From a virus: a stretch of 64,000 nt of DNA. The stretch lies in the IMG/VR virus record IMGVR_UViG_3300025195_000002; one strand, given 5' to 3'. Positions 39,018 through 48,670 of this stretch are shown piece by piece (within the stretch, counting starts at the first letter, position 1; every line of letters starts with the position of its first letter). The notes beneath the pieces are model-generated. The model had not been told where the DNA came from. It saw only the letters and a program-made list of their open reading frames with translations, and ran no database searches. Made by a program: the position numbers and the translations under genes.

Positions 39018-40441
39018 TAGATGATAGTGTTTTATATAACGACGTCATTGATATCGTCACCTCACCGTATTCGAATGTAGATGACCGTTACCGACCTGAC
39101 AAACAGTACAAATATCGCCTTGAGATGTATGTTGGGGATAAAGCAATTGAGGCGATTAAGGTACTGGCTGTTGATATTAAACGCGATTTTCAAAATGAGT
39201 TTAGTCAATCGATGATCGTTGAAGCGGCGGTTGGCCTTGGTACCTACACCCATGAGATCTTTCCTAATAAACAAGGATTGACCGCTAAGTTGTATCGACA
39301 GTTGGTATTAACAGCTAGCAATGGTAAGGTGGTTAGTGATGCAGCTGAGGTCTGTTGGGAATATCAGTGTATTATTGTGGGTGAGCAATCACCAGCAATG
39401 GTAGCGTCAACAGAGGCTACGGCCGATAAAGAGACCGGTGATCGTTCTGATATCGTCTCTATTGAACTCCAGCTTATTGAACAGATCGTTGATGAGTTTC
39501 GTGTAGTTGAGGTAGGGGGTATCTTTAAGGACTGTACCGTTAAGCAAGTCTTAGAGTTGTTTTTTGCTAACGTTCAGAATGTCGATACACCTCCCTCTAA
39601 TCTAACCGTCAGTGCCGATGATTACTTAGAATGGAATGTACGCAATGTGGTAAGTGGTGCAGATATTGTTGATCCTGACAACATCCGTACTTACGACCAC
39701 ATCCTTATCCCCCACGGTACAAGGTTGGTTGATTTACCTAACTACCTTCAGAAAACCTACGGTGTTTATAAAACAGGAATAGGTTATTTCTTTCAGAAAA
39801 CGATCTGGTTCATTTTTCCTGCTTACCATACTCGTCGTTATGAAGATGAGGCGCAAACACTCACTATTGCCAATATACCTGCTAATAGAATGCCTGGTAT
39901 CGAAAAGACCTACAAGGTAAGAGATCCTATCAGTCACTATGGTAAGGTCTATATGCTGGCAACCGGTGAAGTAGTACAGAAAGATCACTCTGAGCGTCGT
40001 CAGATGAATGAAGGGAATGCTTACTACCACGTTAATGCTGACCGTATCATGGATGTCTTTTCTACAACAAGTGCTAATGTTACAACTATAGTAGACGAGG
40101 ATCATGAGGTTCAAGCTGCAGTAGAGAGTCGTATCCATACTAACTTCCTTAAGTTAAGTAAAGATGCCATTACGCATAACGCGTTTGTTGAAAACAGCAG
40201 GCTATCTAGACAAGTAGGCTCTCATGTTCAAATACGTTGGGAGAATGCAGATATTGACCAGGTGTATCCTGGTATGCCTGTGCTGCTACTCTACATCTTA
40301 GATGGTAACGTGGCTAAACTTTACGGCACATTACAGCGTATCGACCAGGACTCTACCGCTATAGAACCTGGACCTACCGAACACCGTCATTTAAGAAACG
40401 CGGTTATTACCGTTTGGGTAGAGCGTGATAAAACCGATTAA
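39005..40441 (+). CDS. Virion protein, baseplate hub-like (phiKZ gp101 position)
   Basis: YDHILIPHGTRLVDLPNYLQKTYGVY, WENADIDQVYPGMPV. Confidence 0.65.
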   Translation: MAGIVDDSVLYNDVIDIVTSPYSNVDDRYRPDKQYKYRLEMYVGDKAIEAIKVLAVDIKRDFQNEFSQSMIVEAAVGLGTYTHEIFPNKQGLTAKLYRQLVLTASNGKVVSDAAEVCWEYQCIIVGEQSPAMVASTEATADKETGDRSDIVSIELQLIEQIVDEFRVVEVGGIFKDCTVKQVLELFFANVQNVDTPPSNLTVSADDYLEWNVRNVVSGADIVDPDNIRTYDHILIPHGTRLVDLPNYLQKTYGVYKTGIGYFFQKTIWFIFPAYHTRRYEDEAQTLTIANIPANRMPGIEKTYKVRDPISHYGKVYMLATGEVVQKDHSERRQMNEGNAYYHVNADRIMDVFSTTSANVTTIVDEDHEVQAAVESRIHTNFLKLSKDAITHNAFVENSRLSRQVGSHVQIRWENADIDQVYPGMPVLLLYILDGNVAKLYGTLQRIDQDSTAIEPGPTEHRHLRNAVITVWVERDKTD

Positions 40442-40451
40442 CCTAAACACC

Positions 40452-40459
40452 TACATTAC
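40452..40459 (+). promoter_or_regulatory. Early promoter motif TACATTAC
   Basis: One mismatch to TATATTAC, directly upstream of the 40475 micro-gene. Confidence 0.6.
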
Positions 40460-40474
40460 TAAAAGGAGACTATC

Positions 40475-40627
40475 GTGAGTGATGGTTTTGATGATTTTGA
40501 TTTTGATATCGACGAAGCAGCACTAGAGCGTGCAAATGCAGAACGTATGGCAGAGCAAGATGAAGAAGCGAAAGCTTTAACGGAAGGCGATGTCGATGGC
40601 TGTGAAGGCGGTGCGTGTAAAATCTAA
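40475..40627 (+). CDS. 50-aa acidic peptide ending in an NrdA-like redox tail (CEGGACKI)
   Basis: AAGGAG SD, GTG start, TAA at 40625-40627. Translation MSDGFDDFDFDIDEAALERANAERMAEQDEEAKALTEGDVDGCEGGACKI. Confidence 0.85.
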   Translation: MSDGFDDFDFDIDEAALERANAERMAEQDEEAKALTEGDVDGCEGGACKI

Positions 40628-40636
40628 AGAACTATA

Positions 40637-40667
40637 GGGAAGACTTTCGGGTCTTCCCGTTATGCCC
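40637..40667 (+). terminator. Hairpin + TATGCC element
   Basis: GGGAAGAC-tttcgg-GTCTTCCC-GTTATGCCC. Confidence 0.8.
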
Positions 40668-40693
40668 TTAAGGAAACTAAAGGTAAAAAAATC

Positions 40694-41245
40694 ATGAAAG
40701 AAGATATTAAAAAACTATGTCAGTTACGTGGTGTGATAGTTGAGGTTATATCTAAGCCGAAACTTACTGAATGTCTAAGTAAAGAACTTGATGAATTAGA
40801 CATGTCTATACGTGAGCCATTAAGAACTATAGATGATTATATCGCCCTAGCGAATGAGTTAGAAAACGCTATAGCGAAAACCGTGTTCATTGAATCATTA
40901 CTTGTAGACCATGGCAAGATTGATTATGCAAACGGGAATATGGTTTTTACATCTAATCTTAGCGCAGTATTCAGGCGAATACATCATGCGGTAGTAGTTA
41001 ATGGACATTGTCTGGTGTCTGTTCATTCTACGTCAGGTCTCTGGTTGTTAACGGTAATGCCATACATAACGTCATTAACTCTAGTTCTTGATGAAACTAA
41101 ATGCTCTGTGATTATAAATAAGCTCGATAATACTACTGACAGCAATCAAGGTATCTTTAACCAGCCTACCAGTCCGTATAAAGGCATGAAGGCGTGGTCA
41201 GAAAACGCGGATTTTACATTTACTAAAAAACCAAGCAAGACTTAA
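40694..41245 (+). CDS. Hypothetical protein
   Basis: 183-aa ORF with an AAGGT SD. Confidence 0.75.
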   Translation: MKEDIKKLCQLRGVIVEVISKPKLTECLSKELDELDMSIREPLRTIDDYIALANELENAIAKTVFIESLLVDHGKIDYANGNMVFTSNLSAVFRRIHHAVVVNGHCLVSVHSTSGLWLLTVMPYITSLTLVLDETKCSVIINKLDNTTDSNQGIFNQPTSPYKGMKAWSENADFTFTKKPSKT

Positions 41246-41259
41246 AGGACAAGTAATAA

Positions 41260-41730
41260 ATGGCTAGAATGAAACCCTTAGATGTCAAAGCGTATCAGAG
41301 AAACCAAACTCGGGTAGCTCAGTTGTTAGACATCGCTGAAGGGTCACCCGAACCCGTTAAGGCTTTTAATGCGTTAATGGTAAACCATATCAACAGCGAC
41401 TTACCCACTGCTCGCAGTTTCAGACGACAAGCAGTAAAGGGCGAATTCCCTCGTCCCTTTAAAGCCTGGAATGCCATCGAGCGACTTATGATACATCATG
41501 GGTTAGATGTGTTGTTTGATAAAAGTAGTGAAGCTATCTGGCTACATAGACAGCATCACCCTCTACACGCTAAAAATGGATTTCCCTTTAGGCGTGATCT
41601 TAAACTCACCATGGAGATGATCAACTGGATTAACACCCATCCTTGTATTATTAAACCAGTAAATCAAACTGCGCTTTTAAAACTAATACAAGCACCTGAC
41701 TCTCCAATAATCAGGGCAGGTGACAGCTAG
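41260..41730 (+). CDS. Hypothetical protein
   Basis: 156-aa ORF with an AAGGA SD. Confidence 0.75.
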   Translation: MARMKPLDVKAYQRNQTRVAQLLDIAEGSPEPVKAFNALMVNHINSDLPTARSFRRQAVKGEFPRPFKAWNAIERLMIHHGLDVLFDKSSEAIWLHRQHHPLHAKNGFPFRRDLKLTMEMINWINTHPCIIKPVNQTALLKLIQAPDSPIIRAGDS

Positions 41731-41827
41731 TATATAAATACACACTGCCTTTAAACTATTATGAGACGTGTTCTTTAAACACGCTTACACCTTTTAAACC
41801 AAAATAATAAATTAATGGATTATTACA

Positions 41828-42364
41828 ATGAACAATTCAATCCCTTTAAATACCGTATTTCATTCTCCTAAACACCGTGTTGCTGACAACGCCAAGCGTC
41901 TGATTACCCTAACTAATCTGTCGCATTTTAAACAAGTTGTAGGCGCGCTACATCCAGCTAAGGGTCTACCTACCGCCTTGGTTGATCAGTACAGCATTGA
42001 CATGAATGTGTCGTCAGAGTGCGTTACAGCATGTCTGGAGTGGGTGTGTCGTGTAAACCGCTTGGACAATGCTCAACTGCGTATCCTTGCGTTAACTAAC
42101 ATCATGTCAGGTCGTCTGTATGAAGAAGACTTGCTGACTAATGTTCATTTAGATGAGATCGAGCAATTGCATAACGACCCTCACGCAATAGACCTAACTG
42201 CTATTGAAAAAGCAATGAACATCCATCGTACTACTATATGGGATCGCCCTACTATATCGTGGTGTGAGATAGAAGCCATGGGGCAGTACGCGCCTACGCT
42301 TACAAAAACGTTTTACCGGTTAATTAACGGCAAGGCATTTATTAAAGAAAGTGTTTGCATATAA
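41828..42364 (+). CDS. Hypothetical protein
   Basis: 178-aa ORF after an AT-rich gap. Confidence 0.75.
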   Translation: MNNSIPLNTVFHSPKHRVADNAKRLITLTNLSHFKQVVGALHPAKGLPTALVDQYSIDMNVSSECVTACLEWVCRVNRLDNAQLRILALTNIMSGRLYEEDLLTNVHLDEIEQLHNDPHAIDLTAIEKAMNIHRTTIWDRPTISWCEIEAMGQYAPTLTKTFYRLINGKAFIKESVCI

Positions 42365-42373
42365 GGATAGGTA

Positions 42374-42991
42374 ATGAGCAACAATGCCAATTTAATAACT
42401 GTAAGGCAGGAAGCCAACAAAGCCCGGATGTTTTTAAAGCAGTTTCTTGATCCGTCTTTGGACAGACGAGCAAGTAATTTCATCCAGGGATTCAACAACG
42501 TTTACGAAGCATCGCTCAGACAACTAGAAAACTTCCAATTCCGCAACACCTCATCGGTTACACTAACACACGTTTTTAATACTGCTGAGATCAACGCGTT
42601 GGGTCTAAGTGAACCTGCCGCGCGTGTAACTATGGCTGTAGTTAAACACCTGCCATACACGGCTATGCAAAATGCCATATATCAAGATCTTGTTAATGAA
42701 ATTGTAATGTTACCAGATAACATTCCTACCGTTAAAATAGGTCGTGGTATCTTTGCTAGGAAAAGGAAGTCAGTTATTAACTTCAACGTGATGCTGCAGG
42801 ATAGGGTATTAGATTGGTATTTGCGCCATATATTAATACTGGGTAACATCCTCATACTCGAACGACACGTCTGTACAGGTAAGCCATCGACCGCTTTACT
42901 AAAGGCTTGTGCGGAACGTGCAAAGAAGTTTGCTGTGCTATATCAAGAATTATTAAAACGCTCACCCCTTTTAAAGGATATAATAAAATGA
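42374..42991 (+). CDS. Hypothetical protein
   Basis: 205 aa; ATGA overlap with the endonuclease gene. Confidence 0.75.
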   Translation: MSNNANLITVRQEANKARMFLKQFLDPSLDRRASNFIQGFNNVYEASLRQLENFQFRNTSSVTLTHVFNTAEINALGLSEPAARVTMAVVKHLPYTAMQNAIYQDLVNEIVMLPDNIPTVKIGRGIFARKRKSVINFNVMLQDRVLDWYLRHILILGNILILERHVCTGKPSTALLKACAERAKKFAVLYQELLKRSPLLKDIIK

Positions 42992-43761
42992 AACAAAAAT
43001 CAGTAGGACTATTCACCATACTACTAGCTACCATTGCTATTGGTATTATCATGTCTGCAAGTACCGGTTATGCAGCGGACATTCCTAAGTCATTCCCTAC
43101 CAGTGTAAAATGGATGGTAGAGGACATCCACAAACCCCCATTGAACCAGACGTTTTATTGTGGGTGTGCTTTTAAAGATAATAAAAGTGTGGATTATTCA
43201 GACTGTGACTATCAGCCTGTTAATATAAACGGCACGCGCGCTAACCGCATTGAAGCTGAACATGCCATGCCTGCGGTTATGTTAGGTGGTGGGTTAATGT
43301 GTTGGGGTGATACACGTAAAGATATTCCTGCGTGTTATGAGTCGGATGGGGATCTGTTATCATCTAGAGCGTGTTGCGAGAAAACTAACATGATCTACGA
43401 GCGGGCGCAAAACGACTTAGTGAATCTAGTGCCCGCCATTGGCGAGCTTAATAACCTACGTTCAGACAAGTTGTTTTCAAATATACATGGTGAGGGGCGT
43501 GACTTTGGTAGTTGTGATGTTGAAGTCAACCAAGAATATGTAGAGGTGCGTGACGTTATGCGTGGGGATGTAGCCCGCATCTTTCTGTATATGTTAGATG
43601 CCTACTCATTACCACTTGATATTGTAATAAGCGATAAAGAACTCATGCATCTCTATTATTGGGATTTAAAAGACCCCGTGAGTGATGATGAGCGTTTACG
43701 TAATCAGCGTATCTGTGAAAAACAAGGTAGTGGTAACCACTACGTAGGTGAATGTGAATAA
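42988..43761 (+). CDS. endA: Secreted endonuclease I (EndA/Dns family, beta-beta-alpha-Me)
   Basis: Signal peptide (..STGYA), TFYCGC, RANRIEAEH, NDLVNLVPAIGELNNLRS, RGDVAR. Confidence 0.88.
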   Translation: MKQKSVGLFTILLATIAIGIIMSASTGYAADIPKSFPTSVKWMVEDIHKPPLNQTFYCGCAFKDNKSVDYSDCDYQPVNINGTRANRIEAEHAMPAVMLGGGLMCWGDTRKDIPACYESDGDLLSSRACCEKTNMIYERAQNDLVNLVPAIGELNNLRSDKLFSNIHGEGRDFGSCDVEVNQEYVEVRDVMRGDVARIFLYMLDAYSLPLDIVISDKELMHLYYWDLKDPVSDDERLRNQRICEKQGSGNHYVGECE

Positions 43762-43764
43762 TTA

Positions 43765-43793
43765 GGGAGGGCTTCGGCCCTCCCCTTATGCCT
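43765..43793 (+). terminator. Hairpin + TATGCC element
   Basis: GGGAGGGC-TTCG-GCCCTCCC-CTTATGCCT. Confidence 0.85.
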
Positions 43794-43816
43794 GAATTTA
43801 AATAGAGAAATGGTTT

Positions 43817-44329
43817 ATGAATAAACTAACACCGTTTATAGATTTTGATACGGGTGACTGTAAGAAGCCACACTATCTTAAACCTGAGACCAAGGGTCAG
43901 GGTATAGTACCACGAAAAACTAGCCAAGTTGAAGTACGACGTGTACCGCCAGATTGGAAACATCCAAAAGATAATGAAGGAAACTATATTCCTTTATTCG
44001 ATGGTTTGTTAGTAGAAAAGCACAATTATAAAATTATGCTATATAAGAGTCGAGCAAAAGAAGGGTTTGCTACTATCGACGGGCTGCTATATTGGATGGG
44101 CGCTCCCTTTACACCCTGTGAAGACGGTTTAATTGATCCAACGCATGCAACCCAAGGTTACACTGCCTTTGAAGCTACATCGTATTGTCTTTACGAAACT
44201 GTTACGGGAGGGACGCCTAAATCGCCAGTGTTTGATAGCTTAAAAGATATGGCTGCTTGGATTAAACAAGACAACGACGGCCGAACCCTTAATCACATTT
44301 TAACTAATTTAGTTAGCTTGTTACGGTAG
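43817..44329 (+). CDS. Hypothetical protein of a recurrent phage family
   Basis: RRVPPDWKHP..YIPL and YCLYETVTGGTPKSPVF motifs. Confidence 0.7.
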   Translation: MNKLTPFIDFDTGDCKKPHYLKPETKGQGIVPRKTSQVEVRRVPPDWKHPKDNEGNYIPLFDGLLVEKHNYKIMLYKSRAKEGFATIDGLLYWMGAPFTPCEDGLIDPTHATQGYTAFEATSYCLYETVTGGTPKSPVFDSLKDMAAWIKQDNDGRTLNHILTNLVSLLR

Positions 44330-44337
44330 GAAACCTC

Positions 44338-44547
44338 ATGTCTGATTCAACATTTAACATAGAAGACAAGGCCAAAGATGTGGCAGCGCGGTTGCGTAGT
44401 CTAGCAGATGCCATAGAGACAGGCGAATACGACTACCAGACCAAATTGTCAATCAAAGGCTTTAGTTTCAAATATGAACTTGAAGCAACACGAAAAGTAG
44501 AAATACCTTTACCCTTTAATAGTGACGAGGAATGTTCTAATGTTTAA
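44338..44547 (+). CDS. Hypothetical 69-aa protein
   Basis: AGGA SD; tight packing with neighbours. Confidence 0.7.
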   Translation: MSDSTFNIEDKAKDVAARLRSLADAIETGEYDYQTKLSIKGFSFKYELEATRKVEIPLPFNSDEECSNV

Positions 44548-44833
44548 ACTTCTTTTATTAGTGGCATTATTGTGGGTGGCGTACGAGTACTATAAAAAAT
44601 GCACGCCAGTCATCGCCGACATGCGCATCCTAAAAGATACCAGCATGACGTACCAGGAATGGAACACCAACGTCTTTAATCCCGCACTTGTCAAAGCTTA
44701 TCAAACTAAACGCCATGTTAAAGTTATTCGCTATGAGGATGACACTAATCGTGGTAGAATTAACGATAAGTTTGAGATAGACAAGCATTTATTAGAATGG
44801 ATGCGACCTCTACCTAAAGTAGACTTTGAATAA
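44540..44833 (+). CDS. Small membrane-anchored protein
   Basis: GAGGA SD; N-terminal TM segment MFKLLLLVALLWVAYEYYKK. Confidence 0.7.
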   Translation: MFKLLLLVALLWVAYEYYKKCTPVIADMRILKDTSMTYQEWNTNVFNPALVKAYQTKRHVKVIRYEDDTNRGRINDKFEIDKHLLEWMRPLPKVDFE

Positions 44834-44836
44834 ACT

Positions 44837-44867
44837 AAGAAGGGTTAACGCCCTTCTTTTTTTGCCG
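44837..44867 (+). terminator. Intrinsic terminator with a TTTGCCG tail
   Basis: AAGAAGGG-ttaacg-CCCTTCTT-TTTTTGCCG. Confidence 0.8.
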
Positions 44868-44921
44868 TCAATGTTGTATTTAACAGCCCTTAGGGATCTT
44901 ATAATACTAAGGAGAGTGACT

Positions 44922-45401
44922 ATGGGCGCTGAAGCTATAACGATGTTTAGGGGCGAATATTCGTTCTTAAGTAACTTTTACATATTAGAAACCCCGCTTC
45001 CTGAAAACGCTATATTTAAAACACGCTCACATCCCCTGTTTTACTTTGCGTCCTCTGAACACGCTTACGTAGCCTGTAAGACTGATAATGAAGAGATTCG
45101 CAGATATATTGCAAGTCTATATAAACCCGGTGAAGTTAAACGCTATGGTCGATCTATCGACATCGTAGACAATTGGGATGATATCAGACAAGCATGTATG
45201 TGGGATGTGTTATATGCAAAATTCACCTTTAATCCCCATTTAAAAGAAAAGCTACTTGCTACTGGTGACCGAGAACTAGTCGAAGGGAATTGGCATGGTG
45301 ATAAATACTGGGGCGTGTGTCTGCGCACCGGGGAAGGCAACAACCATTTAGGACGTATGCTCATGGAGCTGCGTGATTACTTTAGAGATATAGAGGAATA
45401 A
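44922..45401 (+). CDS. NADAR family hydrolase (YbiA-like)
   Basis: FRGEYSFLSNFY, SSEHAYVACK, VKRYGR..W, KF..NPHLKEKLLATGDRELVEG..DKYWG, GNNHLGRMLMELR. Confidence 0.92.
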   Translation: MGAEAITMFRGEYSFLSNFYILETPLPENAIFKTRSHPLFYFASSEHAYVACKTDNEEIRRYIASLYKPGEVKRYGRSIDIVDNWDDIRQACMWDVLYAKFTFNPHLKEKLLATGDRELVEGNWHGDKYWGVCLRTGEGNNHLGRMLMELRDYFRDIEE

Positions 45402-45403
45402 CC

Positions 45404-46282
45404 ATGATCTTACCAAAGAACTTACCGTCAGCTGAAGTACAGTATCTTGACCTTTTACGTACGACCATGGAGCACGGTCACGACATCCGCAATGACCGTA
45501 CTGGGATGGTCTGCCGCACAGTTACAGGTGCGGTGATGTATTACAATGTAGGAGGGGGTGAATTTCCTCTTACCACTACACGTAAAAGCTATTGGCGTAA
45601 GGCGATTAGAGAACTCTGCGGCTACTTCCGTGGGTTTAACAGCGCAGCGCAGTTTAGAGACCTAGGTACTGATAGCTGGGATATCAACGCTAATGAAACA
45701 CGTGCGTGGTTAGATAACCCTCATCGTAAAGGTACGGATGACATTGGTTTGGTTTACGGAGGCGTAGCTAAACGCTGGCCAACGCATGACGGCCACACCA
45801 TGGATCTATTTAAAAAGGTCTACACTAACCTTAAAGCAGGAGTAGATGATCGCGGCGAGATCGTTACGTTTTGGAATCCAGGTCTTTTTGAATTAGGTGC
45901 GCTAAGACCATGTATGTATAGCCACACCTTTACACTGTTAGGCGACACATTGCACATGACGTCGACTCAGCGTAGCTCTGATGCGTTTTTGGGTGTGAAT
46001 TGGAATATGATGCAGTGTTATGTTTTCTTAGCGGTGATGGCTAAGATAACAGGTCATAAGCCGGGTTGGGTTAAACATGACCATAATAACTTCCACATCT
46101 ACGAAAACCATTTTGAACAGGTGACGGAACAGTTGAGTCGTGATCCCTATGAGATGCCTACAATAAAGTTAAGTGACCGTATCACGGATTGGGACTATGT
46201 GGTTAACCATATGACCGATGAAGACTTTGAGGTAATAGGCTATCAGTCACACCCACCTATCTCAGGTAAAATGTCAGCATAA
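45404..46282 (+). CDS. thyA: Thymidylate synthase
   Basis: RNDRTG, FPLTTTRK, LRPC catalytic Cys, TQRSSDAFLGVNWN, HIYENH. Confidence 0.95.
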   Translation: MILPKNLPSAEVQYLDLLRTTMEHGHDIRNDRTGMVCRTVTGAVMYYNVGGGEFPLTTTRKSYWRKAIRELCGYFRGFNSAAQFRDLGTDSWDINANETRAWLDNPHRKGTDDIGLVYGGVAKRWPTHDGHTMDLFKKVYTNLKAGVDDRGEIVTFWNPGLFELGALRPCMYSHTFTLLGDTLHMTSTQRSSDAFLGVNWNMMQCYVFLAVMAKITGHKPGWVKHDHNNFHIYENHFEQVTEQLSRDPYEMPTIKLSDRITDWDYVVNHMTDEDFEVIGYQSHPPISGKMSA

Positions 46283-46291
46283 GGAACTTAC

Positions 46292-46498
46292 ATGATTGAA
46301 GAGATCATACAGACCCATGGCGATAAAAATGTAATTGCAAAAAGTGCAGATGGCAATCAGATAACTAAACTTGGCGTTGCTAAAGATGCCTTGAGTTTAT
46401 TTGAGGATGCGCTATTTACCAGTTACTTCATTGAAAACAATCATGTGGTCATTATAGCCACAGATGATTTCTTTAATTTACAACCAGGATTAAGTTAG
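46292..46498 (+). CDS. Hypothetical 68-aa protein
   Basis: AAGGA SD between thyA and dcd. Confidence 0.7.
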   Translation: MIEEIIQTHGDKNVIAKSADGNQITKLGVAKDALSLFEDALFTSYFIENNHVVIIATDDFFNLQPGLS

Positions 46499-46503
46499 TT
46501 GTT

Positions 46504-47121
46504 ATGTTGATACCAGATTACGCTATAGAGGCACTTTGCACGGGTGATTGTTCTATCGAAATTGATGGAACGATTGTCAATAATAAAAAGCGTCCTATGA
46601 TTGAGCCATTCATCAATACGTCGGTGAAAGTTAACGACAACGATCAACGTATTCCTAGTTATGGTCTTAGTAGCTTTGGTTATGATGTTCGTCTTGCCCC
46701 TGAGTTTAAACTCTTTAGCAAACCTAACGATGGACGCATTATCGATATCATGAACTTTGATGAGCGTGAGTTTGTTGAAGAAGTGAAGGCCGACAGTGTT
46801 ATCCTGCCTCCAGGTGGGTTGTTGCTATCTCGTACAGTAGAATACTTCTCTATTCCAAATAACGTCATGGGTACATGTTCTAATAAGAGCACATGGGCAC
46901 GTATTGGTATGTTTAGTCTGGTAACACCGCTGGAGCCAGGTTGGGAAGGTAACTTAGTGGTGGAGATCACCAACTGTACCAATCTACCCATGCGTATATA
47001 CGCAGGTGTGGGTATTGCGCAGATAGAGTTTAAAGCATCTAAGGTCCGCCCAAACGTCACTTACGGTGATAGAGGGGGTAAGTACCAGGGTCAGACAGGT
47101 ATTACCGGCAGTAAGCTATAA
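46504..47121 (+). CDS. dcd: dCTP deaminase
   Basis: SYGLSSFGYDVRL, NKSTWARIG, PLEPGWEGNLVVEI, YGDRGGKYQGQ. Confidence 0.95.
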   Translation: MLIPDYAIEALCTGDCSIEIDGTIVNNKKRPMIEPFINTSVKVNDNDQRIPSYGLSSFGYDVRLAPEFKLFSKPNDGRIIDIMNFDEREFVEEVKADSVILPPGGLLLSRTVEYFSIPNNVMGTCSNKSTWARIGMFSLVTPLEPGWEGNLVVEITNCTNLPMRIYAGVGIAQIEFKASKVRPNVTYGDRGGKYQGQTGITGSKL

Positions 47122-47139
47122 TGACTAAATAGTTAACTA

Positions 47140-47167
47140 AAGTAGGGCTAGTCCCTACTTTATGCCG
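47140..47167 (+). terminator. Hairpin + TATGCCG element
   Basis: AAGTAGGG-ctagt-CCCTACTT-TATGCCG. Confidence 0.8.
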
Positions 47168-47188
47168 TATCCGTAACATTTATACCTC

Positions 47189-47196
47189 TATATTAC
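47189..47196 (+). promoter_or_regulatory. Early promoter motif TATATTAC
   Basis: Exact consensus upstream of 47254. Confidence 0.65.
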
Positions 47197-47253
47197 CTTA
47201 GTGAATAAATACAATAATGTATTATTCTTTAAACTAAATAAGGTATTAAGCCC

Positions 47254-48066
47254 ATGCAGATTACACAAACATTCACCCTGACCCGTACAGAAGTTGCTGC
47301 TTTTCGCGAACAGTCTAGTCAAGCTATTGACTTACTTAAACCACTAGCTTCAGAGTTGGTGGGTGAGCAAAAGACTGAAGCCCAAGCAGCGAAGCTCCTA
47401 GAGCAGTTAAAAACCTCTATAACTGTTGATGTTAAAGTTGCAAATAAACTAAGCACGGTGGGTTACCTGCTACGTATAAAAGATGATGTTGAGGTCGTAC
47501 TGACCGTTGATGTTGATGATGAAGTATTTACCGAGCTGATGGCCTACGGTGTAGATCTTCTAAAAGATTACATGGATATCCTTAAAGCAATGATTAATCT
47601 AGTTGTTAATTTAAAAGAACTCCAAGCCGATAGTGAATTACGTTCTACCCGCCGTCTCGTGGCGCTTAAAGAACGTATGGGTGATGATCAGACTAGCGTG
47701 AAAGTAAACGGTGATGAGATGGTGAGGGACGTGAAAGGATCTATGGCTGTCGATAGTTATTCTTATCCTTACTGGACTATTGAACAAGAAGATCTGATTC
47801 CAGACGTCATGTATATCGGGGCAGACAGCGGCATCGATGACATTCAGGCTAAGTTGGTAAATCTTAGTTTAGCGCGTCCGAATAAAACCTTGACATTAAG
47901 TGCGTCAGCAAGAGTCAGGATGGTTGTTAAAAATGGTGAAGTAATTAAATCTTCTAAATTTGAAGATTTTTACATTATGGATGAGGAGGTTAAAGAGGAA
48001 GCTAAGATCTTTAACAACCTCATACCAGCTAGCCACGACGTATTGGGTAACTTTAAAACTAAATAA
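47254..48066 (+). CDS. Hypothetical early protein
   Basis: 270 aa; AAGGT SD. Confidence 0.75.
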   Translation: MQITQTFTLTRTEVAAFREQSSQAIDLLKPLASELVGEQKTEAQAAKLLEQLKTSITVDVKVANKLSTVGYLLRIKDDVEVVLTVDVDDEVFTELMAYGVDLLKDYMDILKAMINLVVNLKELQADSELRSTRRLVALKERMGDDQTSVKVNGDEMVRDVKGSMAVDSYSYPYWTIEQEDLIPDVMYIGADSGIDDIQAKLVNLSLARPNKTLTLSASARVRMVVKNGEVIKSSKFEDFYIMDEEVKEEAKIFNNLIPASHDVLGNFKTK

Positions 48067-48169
48067 GCAACTCAAGTGGGTAGGTGTAATATTGACCTAC
48101 CCTTTTAAACTTAAACACCGTATCCCCACTATAACGTGGGTTACTATTAATCTTTAAGGAAACATTAAC

Positions 48170-48670
48170 ATGACAGCTACTGCTATTGAAACAACTACTA
48201 ACCTAACACCTGCAACTCCCGCTAACATCAAACAACTTATCAAAGATAACGAAGGTCGTCTAGCTAAGGCGCTGGTTAATCTAATCGCGGGTTTTGAAGA
48301 CAATGCTGTATTAGACGATGACTTATATATCATCGATCAAATCCCAACCCATTGGAATAATGGCTCGGGCTATCTAGATCGCGGTGTAGACGACGCCAGC
48401 GTAGCTAAACGTATTCAATTCATCGGTCTAACCGAAGATAACCGTCTAGTGCATGTAACTAATACACCAGTGGGTAACGTTATTATGTTTGATCGCTACA
48501 GCTATGGTAGCAACGGTGTAATTGTAGCAAATATGCCAGAACACATTAAACGCATGTATGGGTCGCTTATGCGTGGACAGCTATCTGACATGGCTATTGA
48601 TAATACCGTGCGTTATAACTTAGGTAAAGCATTATTCGACATGGTTGATTACTGCAAGGAAGCAAAATAA
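48170..48670 (+). CDS. Hypothetical protein
   Basis: 166 aa; AAGGA SD; TAATG overlap with the next gene. Confidence 0.75.
   Translation: MTATAIETTTNLTPATPANIKQLIKDNEGRLAKALVNLIAGFEDNAVLDDDLYIIDQIPTHWNNGSGYLDRGVDDASVAKRIQFIGLTEDNRLVHVTNTPVGNVIMFDRYSYGSNGVIVANMPEHIKRMYGSLMRGQLSDMAIDNTVRYNLGKALFDMVDYCKEAK

Noticed and set aside
45404-47121. Hypermodified-base pathway (dCMP hydroxymethylase or dU-DNA)
   Set aside because: ThyA keeps the dUMP-specifying Asn (GVNWN) rather than Asp, and dcd+thyA is the ordinary dTTP supply route.
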